Notes under the pieces: generated by a model
The model's database searches: none
What the model saw: the letters and a program-made list of their open reading frames with translations, nothing else
Told to the model about the DNA's origin: nothing
Position numbers and translations under genes: made by a program
In this document: piece by piece, positions 59,839-64,000 of the stretch
Layout of the letters: each line of letters opens with the position of its first letter
Position numbering within the stretch: the first letter of the stretch is position 1
From: Tubulanus polymorphus
Taxonomy: Eukaryota > Animalia > Nemertea
DNA length: 64,000 nt
Reading direction: 5' to 3'
NCBI RefSeq assembly: GCF_964204645.1
Contig: NC_134035.1
Location: forward strand, 6,719,101-6,783,100

Positions 59839-60747
59839 TTACATGAAGTTTTCGGAGTAGCCTTTTATACCATCTGTGCAGGCGTTCGCGGGACCTGTTC
59901 CTGTTCCGCAAGTGTCTTTTACCCACCCAGTAAATTCGGTATCATTTCGTACCCTTAGATACTGACCGACCATTTGAGAGGCCTGAAAGAGATAAAAAAC
60001 ATATTGCGAATAAAATCATTTCGAAAATGTAGATGATTTAATCCGAATAAACATTCAAAATGGTTAGTTCTAATCTTATTTTCTTGGATTAGGCAACCTT
60101 TAAAACTAGGAATCCAACGACACCACGTCTACTTGGGAAGTGATTTGAAATGCCCCACATATAGAAAATTTCATTTGTCAGAATAGAATACATGTAGACT
60201 AGAATAGACTAGACTAGACTAGACTAGACTAGAATAGAATAGGAAAGAATACATGCAGAATAGACTAGAATAGAATAGACTAGAATAGAATAGACTAGAA
60301 TAGAATAGAATATAGAATGGTTCATTTCGCTCTAACCAAACATTGGTACATAGAGGTTATTAGAATTTGTACAATAAAATTTATAATTTACAAAACTTAA
60401 AAACAAGAAAACAGAAAATGGAGGAAAACTATTACACATGTACATTGTATATACAAATATTTACAAAACAACACTGAAGTGATTAAAATTCAGAGAATGG
60501 AAAGATTGTCTGGTAGCGACACCTAGTAGATCCTCACTACGACAGTCGAACGTATAGAGTTTTTTTTTTTATAGGAATAACAGCTAATTCAAATTTTGAA
60601 AACGCTTATACAGATACGTACATATTCTATCTCTTGATTTCTTAATCGCTCACCAGCAACTGGCCCGATACCCGGCACTGCTGTAACAGGCTTGTTTCCC
60701 ATTGGTTCCTTTAGGAAATCTTTATATTTGGCAGTGGTATTACTCAT
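59839..60747 (-). CDS. Barrier-to-autointegration factor (BAF/BANF1)-like protein, 89 aa, two coding exons (60747-60622 and 59982-59839)
   Basis: MSNTTAKYKDFLKEPMGNKPVTAVPGIGPVAGERLRNQEIEY|ASQMVGQYLRVRNDTEFTGWVKDTCGTGTGPANACTDGIKGYSENFM*. BAF hallmarks EPMG.KPV, GIG, GQ(Y/F)L and W.KDTCG. Phase-0 GTACGT...TTTCAG intron; an acceptor TTTCAG immediately before the ATG implies an upstream non-coding exon. Confidence 0.92.
60180..60318. repeat. (TAGAA/TAGAC)n pentanucleotide microsatellite in the BAF-like intron
   Basis: Directly visible. Confidence 0.95.
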
Positions 60748-60808
60748 CTGAAATTTTTACATAGACATTTATTGCACATGAATCAGAAGTCGGGCTACTA
60801 ATGATGGT

Positions 60809-61177
60809 GTGTCGTAGAACGCATCCTCCCCCGGCAGGGATTCGAACCAACCTGATGGCATCGAGATAGCCACGGCACGAAACCCTGCGTTAATCGACCG
60901 TGCGCGCAGATACATGCGCAGTTCAGATGATGTGATTTTGAGCCAATCAGAAATCCCGTTTTATTTTAGACCGGGTTTTCCCATTTATAGTTCTTCCTTG
61001 AAATTTGCCTCAACGATTATACAACGAGCAATCTGATTGGTGCCGCCAGTTTTCTTTCGGAAAGCTGCGCATGTACCTGCGCACCCGGTCTACTGATGCA
61101 GAGGTTCGTGCCGTGGCTGAGTGTAGCGATGCCATCAGGTTCGAGTCCCTGCAGAGGGAGGATGCGTAGAACGACAC
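60809..61177. repeat. Fold-back element whose arms contain tRNA-like A/B boxes
   Basis: Arms ~60809-60921 and ~61064-61177 are inverted. The right arm has TGGCTGAGTGT...GGTTCGAGTCCC; the left arm has GGGATTCGAACC. Confidence 0.65.
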
Positions 61178-61819
61178 TACAAGCACTGTCAGAGTAAACC
61201 CTCAAGTTCATGTTTTTTAACTGCGCATACACAAATTTCACAGCCATTGTAACACTTTTCGAAAATAAATATTTGAAGCCATATAGTTCAACATGAAACG
61301 AAGTTCTTAATGTGGACTTTCCTTAATTTACATGGGTGTATGTTTAATCCAGCATCAACATTAAACATTGGTACTCTAGAGATTAAGCAGAACAAGTGAA
61401 CCAGAGTGAAACTCTATTGGATTGAATTCAAATGATGGGAGAAAACTGGCTTAGTACAGGATAATTAGGTCGAATTTTTTTAAAACTATGAATGGAAACG
61501 CATAACTATCTTCGGCATGAAGTTTTTGGCAGAATTCCAGAGAATCCGCGCTCGAAGTAATCAAAAGCCTAAGATGTCCCTTTTGATTGCAAGAAGTTTT
61601 TATCAAAATCTGTACATTGACACGATCTCTGAAGAGCATTAGTGGCCACATGCGAACAATTTTTAAAATATTTTTAAACTCGAAATTGCGACTTTTTAAC
61701 ACATGTCGTCGTAAAATTCACACTAAGGCACAACGAAATCAGTTTCGCCGATCTCTCTTCAAGCTAATGCCGAAATACGATACTGCCTTATCGAGCACGA
61801 TAACGTCGTTTAGGCAGTC

Positions 61820-62095
61820 GACCTAAATCATCATTTTTTAATCCATTTGAAACTGTATTGAAGGATATCCAAAAAGTCTTCATTGAAAGGGGTTAAATGA
61901 AGAGAAGTGACTCCATGATTTGAAATTTTAACAATATGTCTCCATGCCTACCAAACTTCAGTTGGTAGGCATGGAGACGTTAAAATTTCAAATCATGGAG
62001 TCTCTTTTCTCCTAGCTAGGAACCCCTCTCAATGCAGAGTTTTTGGATATCCTTCAATGCAGTTTAAATTGGATTAAAAAACGATATTTTAGGTC
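61820..62095. repeat. Long palindromic MITE
   Basis: About 135 bp arms around CTCCATGCCTACCAA-loop-TTGGTAGGCATGGAG; the core resembles that of 16568-16753. Confidence 0.8.
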
Positions 62096-64000
62096 CACTG
62101 ACCTAGGTTGAAATAGACATTAGTCTCCAACTTAACTGCTCGATTAAACGTTTACATGTATATTATTTTTGCTAAAACATCGATGCTTTATTTAAGCTTA
62201 TTCATAATATCGAACTGTGCAGTCATAATACATTCTTGTACATGTAGATAGGCATGTAAGGCATAATAAGTCGAAATATGGAATAAAAATTTTCATGTGG
62301 CCGCAATTCTCTTTCGTAGTAGATCTCCATCACACAACTGCATGATGATTCATCATGAATACATGGTATTGGTGGTGGGTTTTCCCCACTGACTCAATAG
62401 GCACGTGTGCGAGTTCACTTATTTCATACACTGTAGTGTACAAAGTTTGTTAAACAATTTATTTTCGTAGATTGAACAATTTCTAAGTATCACTTCCCCT
62501 TTCCCAATTTCAGTGCCCGACTATAAAATTCACTGCTTTTCACAGCGCCCGCGACAAACCGTGGCAGTCAGTAGTTGAATGGCTATTTTAACTACTACGC
62601 GCGCTTTTCATACATGCGCAGATCAATAAATACCACGTAGCAGCGGAGTACCGAGTAGAGCCAAACAAACAAACAAAACAACAAACAAACAAACAAACAC
62701 AAAGTGAGATTATACCGACCGTAAAGTCTCCGTTTAACGGTTGCGCATTAAGTGCTGGGAATCCGTAGACTGGTTCCCAGTCTCTACGTGGCAAAAGGTA
62801 GAAAGTTTCTTTTGTCCAATGTCGTATAGCGCCGCCGCGGTCGAAAATCGAACTAATCTGTCAAGTCGATAATTTTTTAAGTGAGAAGACGCCGCGTTCA
62901 GTTCGCGGTACACTGTACGTACAGTTTTTCGATACACTGCTGTTCAACAAATTTGTTTTGTAGTTGAAGTTCACAGCGCGCTATTCAGTTTTCAGAAGTA
63001 GAGGGCTAAAATAACATCATTCGTAAGATCTCAGATTGAATATTTTCATCAGATTCAGAGCTCAGTTCATTGTATAAAATGTGTCATTTCATGTATAAGA
63101 CAGTTACTTCTATTACTCTGACAGAAGTTTTTATGTCATAATTTTTTTACCTCATGTGTAACTCAATTATAGCAGAGTTATCAATTATTCATTTATAAAT
63201 AAATTAGTATTATTAATTTAATTATTTGATTGATTATTATTAAGAGATATGACATTATAAACATATATATAATGCACAGATATGGATGTTATATATAATG
63301 CAAAGATATGGATGTTATAATGATAATGTATTTCTACTCGCATAGAAATGAGACTAAAGTTTTCCTGTTTGGATATTCTAAAAGCCTATAAGTCCTTTGC
63401 CAAGGATATGAATGGTTTGTGATGATATTATGTTAACTAAATTCATTTGTTGGTTGAACGATTTCAATTAATATCGCAATATTTAGCATTCGTGATATAA
63501 TTAATATGATAGAGATATGGCCATTTGTCTATTGTTTATGTTAGCAAAAGTTTGCATTTGATATAGAAGGCTTTAATGTTTTGATGTATGGTTGAGATTT
63601 TCAAAATAAATGTTATGCTTACATGAGATAATTGGAACTAGATGTTTTATTTCATTTTTATCAAGTATCGATGGATGAGAAGTCTTTCGACGATGTGCAG
63701 TTAGCCCATTAGAGTTTGCCTTAAAATACTTTACTCTCAGTCTAAGCTGAATTTAATTCATACCGCCGTTACAGTACCATAAAATTCACACAAAATCTTT
63801 AGCGTAATTGGAATAGGACGTCCCCTGTTTCACATCCGGCAGGTGTGTTGACGGTGGGTAAGTTTATTAAGGTACACCAAATCTATTAAAACGATCGCTA
63901 TTTTAAAATCAAATCATCCCGAAGAAATTGGGGATTCGTACCTATCGGATATATACTGGTACTCGGCGTCTTTCCACTTAACAAAACATCGTCAATAACA

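Noticed and set aside
59839-60747. BAF-like gene as cargo of the viral element or the LTR element
   Set aside because: It has a spliceosomal intron and lies outside both TSD-bounded elements.
61105-61165. tRNA gene
   Set aside because: A/B-box-like motifs are present but I could not fold a full cloverleaf, and the sequence is one arm of an inverted repeat.

Overview
AT-rich, intron-containing animal genomic DNA; the repeat style suggests an invertebrate, which is inference only. (1) 38-26693, + strand: the host gene SPT5/SUPT5H, with 23 coding exons reconstructed by hand and its 5' end outside the window. One intron is a clear U12-type (minor spliceosome) intron. Two late introns each carry a different decayed DIRS1-type tyrosine-recombinase retrotransposon with ITR and ICR structure, and there are many MITEs. 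(2) 30376-47037: a nearly intact 16.7 kb Polinton/Maverick-like endogenous DNA virus with AG...CT ends and a TAAATA target-site duplication. It encodes protein-primed PolB, an RVE integrase with a chromodomain, an A32 ATPase, likely major and minor capsid proteins, several membrane proteins and an HNH nuclease. It also encodes an apparent poxvirus A2L/VLTF3-like late transcription factor, and essentially every gene starts at a poxvirus-late-promoter-like TAAATG, mostly with a T-run just upstream. A subset of genes has an extra conserved upstream box. This suggests a virophage-like parasite of a pox-like cytoplasmic virus, and it is the best candidate for a new system in the window. (3) 47331-56308: a Ty3/Gypsy LTR retrotransposon with near-identical LTRs, a broken gag-pol and an extra coiled-coil + SGNH-esterase-like ORF split by a 1 kb insertion. 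(4) 59839-60747, - strand: a two-exon divergent BAF (barrier-to-autointegration factor)-like gene that the ORF track misses. All protein family calls come from motif recognition by eye; no database search was run.
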